DNA of 64,000 bases from Eledone cirrhosa (GCA_964016885.1 OZ024743.1:67642001-67706000), one strand, 5' to 3'; positions 39,901 through 54,469 are shown, numbered from the stretch's first letter. Program-made: numbers and translations. The notes: generated by a model from the letters alone, not told the origin.

Positions 39901-42900
39901 GACAAACTATGGTGGTGCCACTGTAAAATTATGTTGGTAACACTGACAGACTATGGTGGTAACACTGACATACTATGGTGGTAACACTGACAGACTATGC
40001 TGGCAACGCTGACAAAATATGGTGCTAACACTGAAATACTATGGTGGTAACACTGACAAATTATGGTGGCAGCACCGACAGACTATGGTGGTAACACTGA
40101 CAGACTATGGTGGTAACACTGACAAACTATGGTGCTAACACTGACACACTATGGTGGTAACACTGACAAACTATCGTGGTAACACTGATAAACTATGGTG
40201 GTAACACTGACAAACTATGGTGGTAACACTGTCAGGCTATGGTGGTAACACTGACATACTATGGTGGTAACGTTGACAAACTATGGTGGTAACACTGACA
40301 AACTATGGTGGTAACAATGACAAACAATGGTGTTAACACTGACAGACTATGGTGGTAACACTGACAAACTATGGTGGTAACACTGACAAACAATGGTGTT
40401 AACACTGACAGACTATGGTGGTAACACTGACAAACTATGGTGGTAACAATGACAAACAATGGTGTTAACACTGACAGACTATGGTGGTAACACTGACAAA
40501 CTATGGTGGTAACAATGACAAACTATAATGGTAACAATGACAAACTATGGTGGTGTCACGGACAAACTATGTTGGTAACACTGACAGACTATGCTGGTAA
40601 CACTGACAAACTATGGTGGTAACACTGACAGACAATGCTGGCAACACTGACAAAATATGGTGGTAACACTGAAATACTATGTTGGTAACACTGACAAACT
40701 ATGGTGGCAGCACTGACAGACTATGGTGGTAACACTGACAGACTATGGTGGTAACACTGACAAACTATGGTGGTAACAATGACACACTATGGTGGTAACA
40801 CTGATAAACTATGGTCCCAACACTGGCAAACTATGGAGGTAAAACTGACAAACTATGGTGGTAAAACTGTCAGACCATGGTGGTAACACTGACATACTAT
40901 GGTGGTAACACTGACAAACTATGGTGGTAACACTGTCAGACCATGGTGGTTACACTGACATACTATGCTGGTAACACTGAGAAACTATGGTGGTAACACT
41001 GACAAACTATGGTGGTAACAATGACAAACAATGGTGGTAACACTGCCAGACTATGGTGGTAACAATGACAAATTATGGTGTTAACACTGACAGACTATGG
41101 TGGAAACACTGACAAACTATGGTGGTAACATGTACACACTATGGTGGCAAAACTGACAGACTATGGTGGCAACACTGACATACTAATGGTAGTAACACTG
41201 ACAAACTATTGTGGTAACACTGACAAACTATGGTGGTAACACTGACATCTATGGTGGTAAAACTGACAAACAATGGTGGTAACACTGACAAACTATGGTG
41301 GTAATACTGACAAACTATGGTGATAACACTGACATACTATGGTGGTAAAACTGAAAAACTATGGTGGTAACACTGACAAACTATGGTGGTAACACTGACA
41401 TACTATGGTGGTAACACTGACAAACTATGGTGGTAACACTGACAAACTATGGTGGTAACACTGACAGACTATGCTGGCAACACTGACAAACTATGGGGAT
41501 AACACTGAAATACTATGGTGGTAACACTGACAAACGATGGTGGTAACACTGACACACTATGGTGGTAACACTGACATACTATGGTGGTAACACTGACAAA
41601 CGATGGTGCTAAAACTGACACACTATGGTGGTAACACTGACAACTATGGTGGTAACACTGACAAACTATGGTGGTAACAATGACAAACTATGGTGGTAAC
41701 ACTGACAAACTATAGTGGTAACACTGACATACTATGGTGGTAACATTGACATACTATGGTGGTAACACTGACATACTATGGTGGTACCACTGACAAACTA
41801 TGGTGGTAACACAGACAAGCTATGGTGGTAACATTGACAGACTATGGCGGTAACACTGACAACTATGGTGGTAACACTGACAAACTATGGTGGTAACACA
41901 GACACACTATGGTGGCAACATTGACAGTCTACGGTGGTAACACTGACAACTATGTTGGTAACACTGACAAACTATTGGTGGTAACAGTGACAGACTATGG
42001 TGGTAAAACTGACAGACTATGGTGGTAACACTGACACACTATGGTAGTAACACTGACATACTATGGTGGTAACACTGACAAACTATGCTGGCAACACTGA
42101 CACTCTATGGTGGCAAAACTGACAAACTATGGTGGTAACACTGATATACTATGGTGGTGACACTGACAAACTATGGTGGTAACATTGACAGACTATGGTG
42201 GTAACACTGACAACTACGGTGGTAACACTGACGAACTATGGTGGCAACACAGACAAACTATGGTGGTAACATTGACAGACTATGGTGGTAACACTGACAA
42301 CTATGGTGGTAACATTGACAGAATATGGTGGTAACACAAACAAACTATGGTGGTAACATTGACAGACTATGGTGGTAACACTGACAAACTAGGATGTTAA
42401 CACAGACAAACTATGGTGGTAACACTGACAGACTATGGTGGTAACACTGACAAACTATGTTGGTAACACTGACAAATTATAGTGGTAACACTGACAGACT
42501 ATGGTGGTAACACTGACACACTATGGAGGTAACACTGACATACTATGGTGGTAACACTGACAAACTATGCTGGTAACACTGACACACTATGGTGGCAAAA
42601 CTGACAGACTATGGTGGTAACATTGACACACTATGGTGGCAACACTGACAAACTATGGCGGTAACAATGACAAACTATGGTGGTAACACTGACAAACTAT
42701 AGTGGTAACACTGACATACTATGGTGGTAACACTGACAGACTATGGTGGTAACACTGCCATACTATGTTGGTAACACTGACAAACTATGCTGGTAACACT
42801 GACACACTATGGTGGTAAAACTGACACACTATGGTGGTAACACTGACACACTATGGTGGTAACACTGACAAACTATGGTGGTAACACTGACACACTATGG

Positions 42901-44256
42901 TGGTAACACTGACAAACTATGCTGGCAACACTGACACACTATGGTGGTAAAACTGACACACTATGGCGGTAACACTGACAACTATGGTGGTAACACTGAC
43001 ACACTATGATGGTAACACTGAAAAACTATAGTGGTAACACAGACATACTATGGTGGTAACACTGACATACTATGGTGGTAACACTGACAAACTATAGTGG
43101 TAACACTGACAGACTATGGTGGTAACACTGACATACTATGGTGGTAACACTGACAAACTATGGTGGTAACACAGACAAACTATGGTGGTAACATTGACAG
43201 ACTATGGTGGTAACACTGACAACTATGGTGGTAACACTGACAAACTATGGTGGTAATACAGACAAACTATGGTGCTAACATTGACAGACTATGGTGGTAA
43301 CACTGACAACTATGGTGGTAACACTGAAAAACTATGGTGGTAACAGTGACAGACTATGGTGGTAACACTGACACACTATGGTGATAACACTGACACACTA
43401 TGGTGGTAACACTGACACACTATGGTGGTAACACTGACAGACTATGGTGGTAACACTGACAAACTGTGGTGGTAACACTGACATACTACGGTGGTAACAC
43501 TGACAAACTATGCTGGTAACACTGACACACTATGGTGGTAAAACTGACACTCTATGGTGGTAACACTGACACACTATGGTGGTAGCACTGACATACTATG
43601 GTGGTAACACTGACAAGCTATGCTGGTAACACTGACACACTATGGCGGTAAAACTGACACGAAATGGTGGTAGCACTGACAAACTATAGTGGTAACACTG
43701 ACATACTATGGTGGTAACACTGACAGAATATGGTGGTAACACTGACATACAATGGTGGTAACACTGACAAACTATGGTGGTAACACAGACAAACTATGGT
43801 GGTAACATTGACATACTATGGTGGTAACACTGACAACTATGGTGGTAACATTGACAGTCTGTGGTGGTAACACAGACAAACTATGGTGGTAACATTGACA
43901 GACTATGGTGGTAACACTGATAAACTATGGTGGTAACAGTGACAGACTATGGTGGTAACACTGACACACTATGGTGGTAACACTGACACACTATGTTGGT
44001 AACACTGACAGACTATGGTGGTAACACTGACATACTATGTTGGTAACACTGACAGACTATGGTGGCAACACTGACAGACTATGGTGGCAACACTGACAGA
44101 CTATGGTGGCAACACTGACAGACTATGGTGGCAACACTGACAGACTATGGTGGCAACACTGACAGACTATGGTGGTAACACTGACAGACTATGGGGGTAA
44201 CACTGACAGACTATGGTGGTAACACTGACAGACTATGGTGGTAACACTGACAGACT
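24949..44256. repeat. ~19.3-kb tandem satellite, 22-bp unit, consensus TAACACTGACA(A/G/T/C)ACTATGGTGG, roughly 880 units
   Basis: Period of 22 read directly (e.g. CTATGG at 44101 and 44123); uninterrupted, one orientation, sharp ends; occasional 21- or 23-bp units. Confidence 0.99.
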
Positions 44257-44348
44257 GTTCAATATCTGATCTCTGAAATTCATATGCGAAGGTCTTTTTT
44301 GCTTTGCACCTTAAATATTTTACCAATGTACAGCAATGTTAATAAAAT

Positions 44349-44549
44349 AAAGAAGAAGAAGAAGAAGAAGAAGAAGAAGAAGAAGAAGAAGAAGAAGAAG
44401 AAGAAGAAGAAGAAGAAGAAGAAGAAGAAGAAGAAGAAGAAGAAGAAGAAGAAGAAGAAGAAGAAGAAGAAGAAGAAGAAGAAGAAGAAGAAGAAGAAGA
44501 AGAAGAAGAAGAAGAAGAAGAAGAAGAAGAAGACGAAGAAGAAGAAGAA
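44349..44549. repeat. Nearly pure (GAA)n tract, ~200 bp
   Basis: Direct reading; one GAC interruption near 44534. Confidence 0.98.
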
Positions 44550-44769
44550 TTTAATAAGGATCATCAAAGTGATGGTGATGATGATTCTTCCTGCGCTTAG
44601 GCTGGTGGTAACCCTGGTGTTGGCGATGATGGTTTTGATGGTATTGATGGTATTAACGATGATAGTGTTTACTGTTGTTGTTGCTGTTGTTTTGGTGTAA
44701 ACATATTTGTAGTTGTGAAGGAGATGGTGATAATGCTGTTGATGATGATGATGAGGACGGTGGTAATAC

Positions 44770-45380
44770 TGATATAACATCAACAACACCACAATCAACA
44801 ACAATAACATCGGTAACAACAACAATATATTTTTCAACAATAACAACTTTATGAATAGCAGTCTCATCGATAAGATTTTTAATATTAGCAGTAAAAAATA
44901 CAACAAACACAACCCTAACAATAACAACAACAACAACATCAACATCAACAACAGCAACAACAATACCAACAACAATGACATTGGTAACATCATCAAAATT
45001 AACAACAACAATAGCAACAAAATCAATTGCAACATCAACATTAACAGAAACAACAACAAAAACTAACACTGAGCCAACCACAAGTACCACAACAACCACA
45101 ACAACCACAACCACAACAACAACCATAACAACAACCACAGCAAAAACCACAACAATCACAACACCCACCACCGCAACAACAACAACTACAACAACAACAA
45201 AAACCACAACAACAACCACAACAACAACCACAACAAGCACAACAACCACCACCACAACAAGATCAACAAAAAACACCACGAAAACAACAACAACCACAGC
45301 AACAACAACAATAACAACCACAACAACAATCACAACAACCACAACAACAAAAATAACAACAACAGCCACAACAACACCAA
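44770..45380. repeat. Degenerate (AAC/ACC)n tract
   Basis: Direct reading; gives poly-T/V/N ORFs. Confidence 0.93.
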
Positions 45381-45567
45381 TATGGAGGTGCTACAGTATT
45401 GTTGCTGACAATGTAACAAATAACAATATAGATTTTATTATATGTAGAAAATTCGATATATTCAACTCTGCCTCTTCAGTCCAGTGACTACGATAAGATT
45501 GCTTTTACTTCTAGTACATCATTACAGACTTAGTAGAGATAATATAGAGGAATGTACTAGTAAACAC

Positions 45568-45583
45568 AGGTAGTAGTAGTAGC

Positions 45584-45646
<63 letters not shown>

Positions 45647-45663
45647 GGTGGTGGTGGCAGTAA

Positions 45664-45760
<97 letters not shown>

Positions 45761-46885
45761 GGTGGTGGTGGTGGTGGTGGTGGTGGTAGTAGTGGTGGTA
45801 GTATTAGTGGTGGTGGTGGTGGTGGTAGTGGTGGTGGTGGTAGTGGTGGTGGTAATGGTGGTGGTAGTATTAGTGGTGGTGGTGGTGGTGGTGGTGGTGG
45901 TGGTAATAGTGGTGGCTGTAGTGGTGATGGTAGTCGTGGTAGTAGTAGAAGTTGTAGTGGTGGTGGTAGTAGTGGTGATGGTAGTCGTGGTAGTAGTATT
46001 AGTGATAGCAGTAGTGGTGGTGGTAGTAGTGGTTCGGGTGGTGGTGGTGGTCGTAGTGGTAGTAATAGTAGTAGCATTAGTAGTAATAATAGTAGTGATG
46101 GTAGTAATTGTGGTGGTGGTGGTAGTAGTGGTGGTGGTAGTGGTGGTAGTAGTAGCCATAGTAGTTGTAGTAGTTGTGGTTGTGATGGTGGTGGTGGTTT
46201 TAGTAGTTGTAGTAGTTGTAGTAGTAGTTGTAGTAGTGGTGGTAGTAGTAATGGAGGTAGGAGTAATGGTAGTGGTGCTAGTAGTAGTAGTAGTAGTAGT
46301 AGTAGTATCAGCAGCAGCAGCAGAAGCAGCAGTAGTAGTAGTAGTACTAGTAGTAGTAGTAGTAGTAGTGAAATATAATGCATTATTTCATAGCAACTTT
46401 AATATTACATGTGAGTTATGACAGCAGGAAAAAGGAGAGCAATTAACAGTGGTGGTGGTGGTGGTGGTGACGGTGGTGGTGGTGGTAGGGGTGGTGGTGG
46501 TGGTGGTGCGGTGGTGGTGTTGGTGGTGGTGACGGTGATGGTGGTGGTAGGGGTGGTGTTGGTGGTGGTGATGGTGGTGGTGACGGTGATGGTGGTGGTA
46601 GGGGTGGTGGTGGTGTTGGTGCGGTGGTGGTGTTGGTGGTGGTGATGGTGGTGGTAGTGGTGGTAGCGGTGGTGTTATTGTTGGTGGTGTTGTTGATGGG
46701 GTTGATACTGGTGATGGTGGTGGCGGCGGCGGTGGTGGTGGTGGAGGATATGTTGGAATGGTGGTACGGTGGTTGTGATAATGGTAGTGCTGGCTGGTGT
46801 GGTGGTGGTGGTGGTGGTATTGGCAGTGGTGGAAGATGTGCTGGCGGTGGTACGGTGGTGGTGATGGTGGTGGTACTGGCAGGTG
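45568..46885. repeat. (TAG)n/(TGG)n/(GGT)n trinucleotide mosaic
   Basis: Direct reading; gives poly-V/T/P/L ORFs. Confidence 0.95.
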
Positions 46886-46968
46886 TGGTGATTGCCAAGT
46901 ACAATGTCTTACAGGTGTATATACATGTCTAGAAAACAATGACTACACATATATAAGTAGACGAGGCG

Positions 46969-46969
<1 letters not shown>

Positions 46970-47022
<53 letters not shown>

Positions 47023-47332
47023 CACATACACACACATACACCCGCACATACTCAATCTCGCACACACACACACATACATACACACGCAGACATATATACA
47101 CACACACACATACACTCACTCACTAACAACACACTATGTGTGTGTGTGGGTGATTGTGTGAACGCCTTGTACACTCATATATGTGTAGCTATTGTTTTCT
47201 CGACATACAAACAGGCTCACACACACAAAGACACACACACACACTAACATAAACACTATATATGTGTGTTTGTGAGTATATGTGTGTGTGTGTGAGTTTA
47301 TATATATATATGCATATATATGTATATATAGA

Positions 47333-47391
<59 letters not shown>

Positions 47392-47408
47392 CATACATAT
47401 ATATACTT

Positions 47409-47485
<77 letters not shown>

Positions 47486-47531
47486 TTATATATATATATA
47501 TATACATACATATATATATATGTATACATAC

Positions 47532-47619
<88 letters not shown>

Positions 47620-47621
47620 GT

Positions 47622-47652
<31 letters not shown>

Positions 47653-47946
47653 CAGACAGAGTGTGTGCATGTGAGAAAACAGTTTTTGAATGAAAATACG
47701 TTATTTTAATTATGTGAGCAATTAATAACTGAAGATAATGAAATAACTATACACACATATGAATACTCTCATACACCTGCATATATATATGTGTGTGTGT
47801 GTGAGTGTGTGTATGTGTGTGTGGGGATGTGTGCGTGTGTGTACAAGTAGACATGTGTAAATTTGTAAGTCATTGTGCGTGCTGTATTTAATTGAAATTA
47901 TCTACATATCATACATATATCTATCTATCGATCAATCTACCTTTGC

Positions 47947-48006
<60 letters not shown>
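46970..48006. repeat. (CA)n/(TG)n/(TA)n microsatellite field
   Basis: Direct reading. Confidence 0.93.
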
Positions 48007-48009
<3 letters not shown>

Positions 48010-48037
48010 ATCAAAAGATGGTTAAAAGAGTTCCATG

Positions 48038-48108
48038 TATTTTATTATGCGCATTTCAAAAACAAATATCATCATGCAATAACATTTGTGTTTTCATCAG
48101 ATAAAATA
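48038..48108 (-). ncRNA. Type I hammerhead ribozyme motif (HHR-3)
   Basis: Minus strand: tattttat-CTGATGA-aaacacaaatgttatt-gcat-gatgatatttgttttt-GAA-ATGCGCAT-A-ataaaata: perfect 8-bp stem I, ~15-bp stem II, palindromic stem III, AUA triplet. Confidence 0.85.
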
Positions 48109-48251
48109 GGAAGACATGATATGAAGGTTAAAAAACACTTGTGGATAGTGCAGTTTTAAATCAACATATGATAGTCCTACAAACTGTAGAGTGCTTCTTA
48201 TCCGATATCTGCATTGCTCTATTGTACTACAATAAAACTCACCTCCTACAT

Positions 48252-48282
<31 letters not shown>

Positions 48283-48384
48283 TTATATATAACCAAAGAT
48301 TAATAGGGTTCATTGATTACTCAATGAACATAGTTTTACAATAGATTAAAAGCACTCAACAAATCAGGTTTTCTTGAGTTATTA

Positions 48385-48473
48385 ATTGTTTCTACTTTTG
48401 GCACAAGGCCAACATCAACCAGTGCATTACTGGTACTTTATTTTATCGACTCCGTAAGGATGAAAGGCAAAGT
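48385..48473 (-). mobile_element. Partial tRNA-derived SINE (core and tail)
   Basis: GGCACAAGGCC..ACTGGTACTTTATTTTATCGACTCCGTAAGGATGAAAGGCAAAGTT. Confidence 0.82.
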
Positions 48474-48512
48474 TATTAATAAATGAACACATTCACATAA
48501 TCAAATTACATG

Positions 48513-48574
48513 TTTTATTATATATATTTCGAAGGTACTGTGCTGTTTTTTCAGTACGTCCTCGTCAGATAAAA
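48513..48574 (-). ncRNA. Type I hammerhead ribozyme motif (HHR-4)
   Basis: Minus strand: ttttat-CTGACGA-ggacgtactg-11-nt loop-cagtaccttc-GAA-ATATATAT-A-ataaaa: 6-bp stem I, stem II with 9 of 10 pairs starting G-C, palindromic stem III, AUA triplet. Confidence 0.82.
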
Positions 48575-48691
48575 TACATGAATTGATGTATGACATACCT
48601 CAACGGTCTTGATGGTTCAATTCCAGTATTGGCAGTCAATTTTCCTAGGTTTTATTTGATTATGTGAATGTCTTCATTTATTAATATTCTG

Positions 48692-49400
<709 letters not shown>

Positions 49401-50239
49401 ACAAACATGTCAGACACACTGAAACGTGTATACTTAATTCATATAGATAAATAGAATCTGACGCAACACTATTACAATCTATACCCGTTTTGTGCTCTAT
49501 ATTTGACCTTCAAAGGTCAAGTATCAGCCATAAGCGATGCCTGATGCGTTCCTCTTATTTCTACTAAAATATTTGAGAAGCGCCATATCTGAAATGAGCG
49601 TCAATAGCGACATCTTGCGGCGTTTTCTACATGTGCGTCTGTGTGTCTGTTTAAGATGCGCTTCTTTGTGCATCTGTGAACAAGTTTGTGCGCATGAATG
49701 TGTATGAATATGTGTATATATATGTGTGTTACTGAGTGTCTCTGTGTTTGTTTCAAATGAGTTTGTATGTGTATGTGTGAGCAAGTCTTTGCGGTTGAAT
49801 GTGTATGACTATATGTATATATGTGTTAATGTGTGTCTGTGTGTCTGTATTTCAGATGAGATTTTATGTGCACGTGTGAGCAAGGATTTTACGTATGAAT
49901 GTGTATGCGTATGTATATATATGTGTTAATGTGTGTCTATGTTTATTTGTTTTAGAGATGTTATAGTCTTGTACGCGCGTGTGTGTGTGAGAGGGAGTGT
50001 ATTTGTATGCATGTATATTCACGTGTGGCTATGTGTATATATGTGTTACTCTGTGATTCTTGATGCTCTTTTAAATTGTATCCCTGCAAGTGTCAGTGAG
50101 TCTATATGTGGGTGGGTATGTTATCATATACACTATAAAAAACAGATTTCCTAGGTTTTATAGATAGAGGGATATATAGATCGATACACAGTTAGAGAAA
50201 GAAAAGGAATAAGAGAGAAGATAAAGAATGTTGGTAGGG

Positions 50240-50477
50240 AGACAGATGATAGATAGGTACGTAGATAGATACATAGATCGATAGACACAGAGACAGGCAT
50301 ATAGATTAATAGTATATATATATAGAGATAGATAGATAGATAGATAGATTAATAAATAGATAGTGAGATAAATACATTGATATATAGGTAGATAGACAGG
50401 CAGTCAAGTAGATAGATAGATAGAGATAGATAGAAAAAAACAGACAGACATACATACAGATAGATAGTAGATAGATA
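50240..50477. repeat. Degenerate (GATA)n tract flanking the 3' end of Tx1 copy E
   Basis: Direct reading. Confidence 0.9.
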
Positions 50478-51981
50478 ACTTTCTTTTTATTTGCCACCAG
50501 GGCATCAAAGAGTGGGACAAGTACAGGGGGGGGGGTGAGTTTACATAAAAAGGCGTCCTCAATAAGGAGGAGGCAAAAACAAAATATAAAAAATATAAAA
50601 TATAAAATATAACAAAAATAAATTGAATAACAAAATCCTTAATAGGAAGGAAATAAATCCTTAACACGAAAAAGTGTGCAACCCTTATCCTCAGGAGCAC
50701 AGAGAGAGGGTGATCCCATGATCTTTCATCTTTCTCACCTACAGTCTGATGTAGAGTGAAGGCCCATTCACACGGGCCATTCTCGCCACTTTCACCCATC
50801 TTTCATAGAAACGGCTGGGGTGCAGCACCTCTCTCTCCATCCTGATCCTTCTTCCGAAATGATATCGGAAGAAACGGACCAGTTGTTGGCCAGAAAGAAA
50901 GGTGTCTGACCTCAGTCCTTTCAGACGCCTCCACCATACAACCTCTTTCACCATGGCTATTACGCAAAAAATCACCGCCCCTCCTTCGTTTTTGAAGAGG
51001 GGGGGGGGGGGCTTGATCGTTACATTAGACTCGGTGGTCAAACGGATCGGTCCCACCCGTGACAGCAGTCGTTCGACATAGCCCCACATCGGCAATGCCA
51101 GAGCAGTGTACCAAACCGTGTGCAAGTGTTTCCTCGACGCACACGCATCTGGGACAGATCTTTTTCGAGGGGTCCCTACCCGGGCGCCCGTGTCTGTAGA
51201 GCCTTTCTCGAACGGGCAGAGCCCCTCGGTAGCACTGCCAGGTCAGGGACCTCTGGAAGTTATCCATAGGTCCCGGGCTGAATTCGGAGGGCATCGATTT
51301 GCCCCTCCACGTGCCGAGTTGCAAACCGATCGACTTGTCCCGGTACAGCTTAGCCCCTGAAAACCTTTCGTACTCCTCCAGTAAGGTGCCGATCGCCCCA
51401 ATTTCCGAGACCTTCGCCACCATTACTTTTACCTCATCGGCGTAGGCTGACACCGCTTTCCGCAATCTCGGTTCCAAACGGATTCTCTGAAACAACTCCA
51501 ACTTCCGCAGCAGTGGCTCTAGAGTCATTACATACAGAAGGGAGGAGAGAGGGCACCCTTGTCGGATGGACCGCGCGATTTCGAACGGCTCCGTGAGGTA
51601 GCCATACACCTTGACCCTAGAGCAGATGCGGCTGCTGTGCATGGCAGTGATCCAGCCCCTGAAAAGGGGTCTGAAGCCTGCCGCCGCTAGCACCGCATCC
51701 AGGTAACCATGGTCGACCCTATCGAACGCCTTAGATTGATCCAAGTTGATCAGGGCCCCACCAAAGCCAGGTTCGTTCCCAACCATCTCTATGATGTATC
51801 GCATGAGGTGGAGGTTGTCGTGGATGGACCAGGACGGGATAGCACATGTCTGCGCATCTCCCACCAGTTTGCCCACGACAAGCGTCAACTTCTTTGCTAG
51901 CACCTTGGCCAAAATCTGTAACTCTGTAGTTAGCAGAGTTATGGGCCTGAAAATACTTATATCGTCCCCCTTGTTCTCGTC
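50478..51981 (-). mobile_element. Tx1/L1-clade LINE copy E: 5'-truncated, internally deleted, 3' UTR intact
   Basis: ORF 51025..52074 from DENKGDD..FRPITLL through KAFDRVDH, RQGCPLS, AYADE to CPRCVCVEET; C-terminus in 50739..51125; 3' end GTGGCAAATAAAAAGAAAGT then (TATC)n. Confidence 0.95.
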
Positions 51982-52289
51982 AGGTAGGTAGGTAGGTAGG
52001 TAGATAGATAGATAGATAGATATAGATATAGAGGTAGATAGATAACCAGAAAGAAAACAATAGATGAATAACATGTGATTGAGAGATTAATAAAGAGAGG
52101 TAGTTCCATAAGTAATAGGAGAGAGGGTCGAGAAGGATAGGTAGATAGACACTGAGAGAAAAAATATAAAGAGAGTTCCATAGATAAATAGCGAGAAATG
52201 GGAAAACAGTGGTAGTAAGACAGAGCATAAGAGACGTGAAGATGTGTGTAGAGAATTAGAGAGATGAGATATGTGAGAGTAGGAAAGAG

Positions 52290-52609
52290 ATAGGAGAGAC
52301 AACGAAAGAGTGATAGCGAGGGTGAGAGAGAGGGTGAGAGAGAGGGAAAGAGAGGGAGAGAGGGGGAGAAGGGGGATATATAACTGGGGGGAGAGAGAGG
52401 GAAAGAGAGCGCGCGAGTGAGAGAACTGGGGTGAAAGAGAAGGAGAGAGGGGGAGAGGGGGAGAGATAGCACTGGGGGAGAGAGAGGGCGAGAAAGTGAG
52501 AGAGAGAGAGAGAGAGAGAAATAGATAGAGGGAGAGAGAACTGGGATGAGAGAGAAAAGGAGACAGATAGGGTATAGGTTGAGGAATAGACAGAATGGAA
52601 GAGAGAGCT

Positions 52610-52646
<37 letters not shown>

Positions 52647-52770
52647 TAGAGAGAGGGAGAGGGGGAAAGGAGATAGGGTATAGGTTGAGGAATAGACAGA
52701 ATTGAAGAGAGAGCTAGTGAGAGTAAGAGAGAGAGAAAGAGAGAGGGAGAGAAAGTGTGAGAGAGAGAGT

Positions 52771-52846
<76 letters not shown>

Positions 52847-53076
52847 ACTGGTGTGATGTGAGAGGGAAAAGGAGACAGGGTATAGGTTGAGGGATAGACA
52901 GAGTGAAAGAGAGAGCTAGTGAGAGGGGGAAGGAAGGGGAGTAGATAGGAGTAATACCAATATAATTTCTTGATGGTTCTTCCATTACCGTTATACTTTA
53001 CTGATTAATTGTCAGACAGAATCAGAGATAGACAGACAGATAACATTGATTGATTAATAGGTAGACAGATATATAG

Positions 53077-53170
<94 letters not shown>

Positions 53171-53251
53171 AGTTAGAGAAAGATAGATTGGTTAGTAGAT
53201 AGGTTTATTTATATATATATTTATATATACATATATATATATATAAATATG

Positions 53252-53339
<88 letters not shown>

Positions 53340-53357
53340 CAGTATATGTATATATAG

Positions 53358-53398
<41 letters not shown>

Positions 53399-53516
53399 AA
53401 TAAATACACATATACATATACAGAATATATAAGTTAAAACAGAACTCGAGAGTGGATGGGTGTGTCGATATATATATATATATATGTCTGTATATATATA
53501 TATATATATACTTATA

Positions 53517-53553
<37 letters not shown>

Positions 53554-53645
53554 GTACGCACACATTCACACATGCGTGCACATCCACACACACACACACA
53601 CACACACATACTTATATTCATAGACAGATAGATAGATAGATAGAT
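52290..53645. repeat. (AG)n-rich purine tract with a thrice-repeated ~55-bp unit, then (GATA)n/(TA)n/(CA)n
   Basis: AAAAGGAGA..GGGTATAGGTTGAGG.ATAGACAGA.T.GAAGAGAGAGCTAGTGAGAG recurs near 52555, 52665 and 52867. Confidence 0.9.
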
Positions 53646-54469
53646 CGTTTGAAAACCATTAAAATATGTAAGATCAGATTTCAGATAATGTCATAGGGAT
53701 AGGTTGAATGTTGGTTTTATTCAAGGTTCAACCAGACTTTTGTTCAAAGATATTCCCAACGCGACCATCCCGCAGTATTCCTATGCCCGGTAGACGTAGA
53801 CAACATTACCTAATGTATCATTTTTCTTGAAGACGATCAAATGTTGTTTCATGGACAATTTACCTGCTATCTCTAGCAATTCAAGTGGCAATGAAGAAGT
53901 TCCCTCGCTTGTTCATGCATTACTTTTTAGACGGTATTAGTTGAACTATAGGGAGAGATCTGGTTTCTTCTGTTGACTAGGTTAGCCATGTATTTTCTTC
54001 AGCGATATTGATCGTCTTTCATAGTGGTGCTAGTGGTTGCAATGTTGATGGTGCTGGTGTTGTGGCTACTATTAATGTTGTATTGTTGTTGGTACACTTT
54101 GTTGTACGGGTGATGGTGAAGCTTGTGTGTGTCTTTGTAGTAGTTGTGATGCTGTTGTGTTGCTGTTTCTGCAGCCTGTGGCTTAATCGTTGTGAGAGCC
54201 GAGGTGGTATATGTATTGTTGATGATGTTAGTGCTGTGATAGTGACTTTCATGTTGTTGTGGCGATATTGTTGTGGCCGTGGCCGTAGTTGATAGGAGTA
54301 TTGGCAGGGTTATTGTAATGATATTGTAGCGGAGGTGTTGTTGTAATGTTATGGTTTTTGCTGATTGGTGTGGTTGCAATGGTTGTGACTGTCGTGCTAG
54401 TATCTGTGTTGCTGGTTATGTTGTTAGTGGTAGTGAGATTGTTATGTTAGTAGTGTTAATATTGTGGAT

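Noticed and set aside
24949-44256. CRISPR-like array or coding repeat (ORFs 35425..35643 and 40259..40471 with VCQCYHH)
   Set aside because: Units abut with no unique spacers; the 22-aa periodicity is just three 22-bp units read through, and stops are frequent.
24949-44256. 22-nt unit starts UAACACUG, the vertebrate miR-141/200a seed, so the minus strand carries hundreds of CAGTGTTA sites
   Set aside because: An 8-nt match is easily chance, no precursor hairpin is visible, the invertebrate family member miR-8 has UAAUACUG, and there is no evidence of transcription.
44280-47700. Long ORFs of poly-K/F/V/T/P/L and YI/HT dipeptides
   Set aside because: Translations of microsatellites; no domain or splice context. 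The same applies to similar ORFs across the window.
49503-49520. Palindrome TTGACCTT-CA-AAGGTCAA resembling nuclear-receptor half-sites
   Set aside because: Isolated, no gene nearby; more likely a remnant of a repeat.
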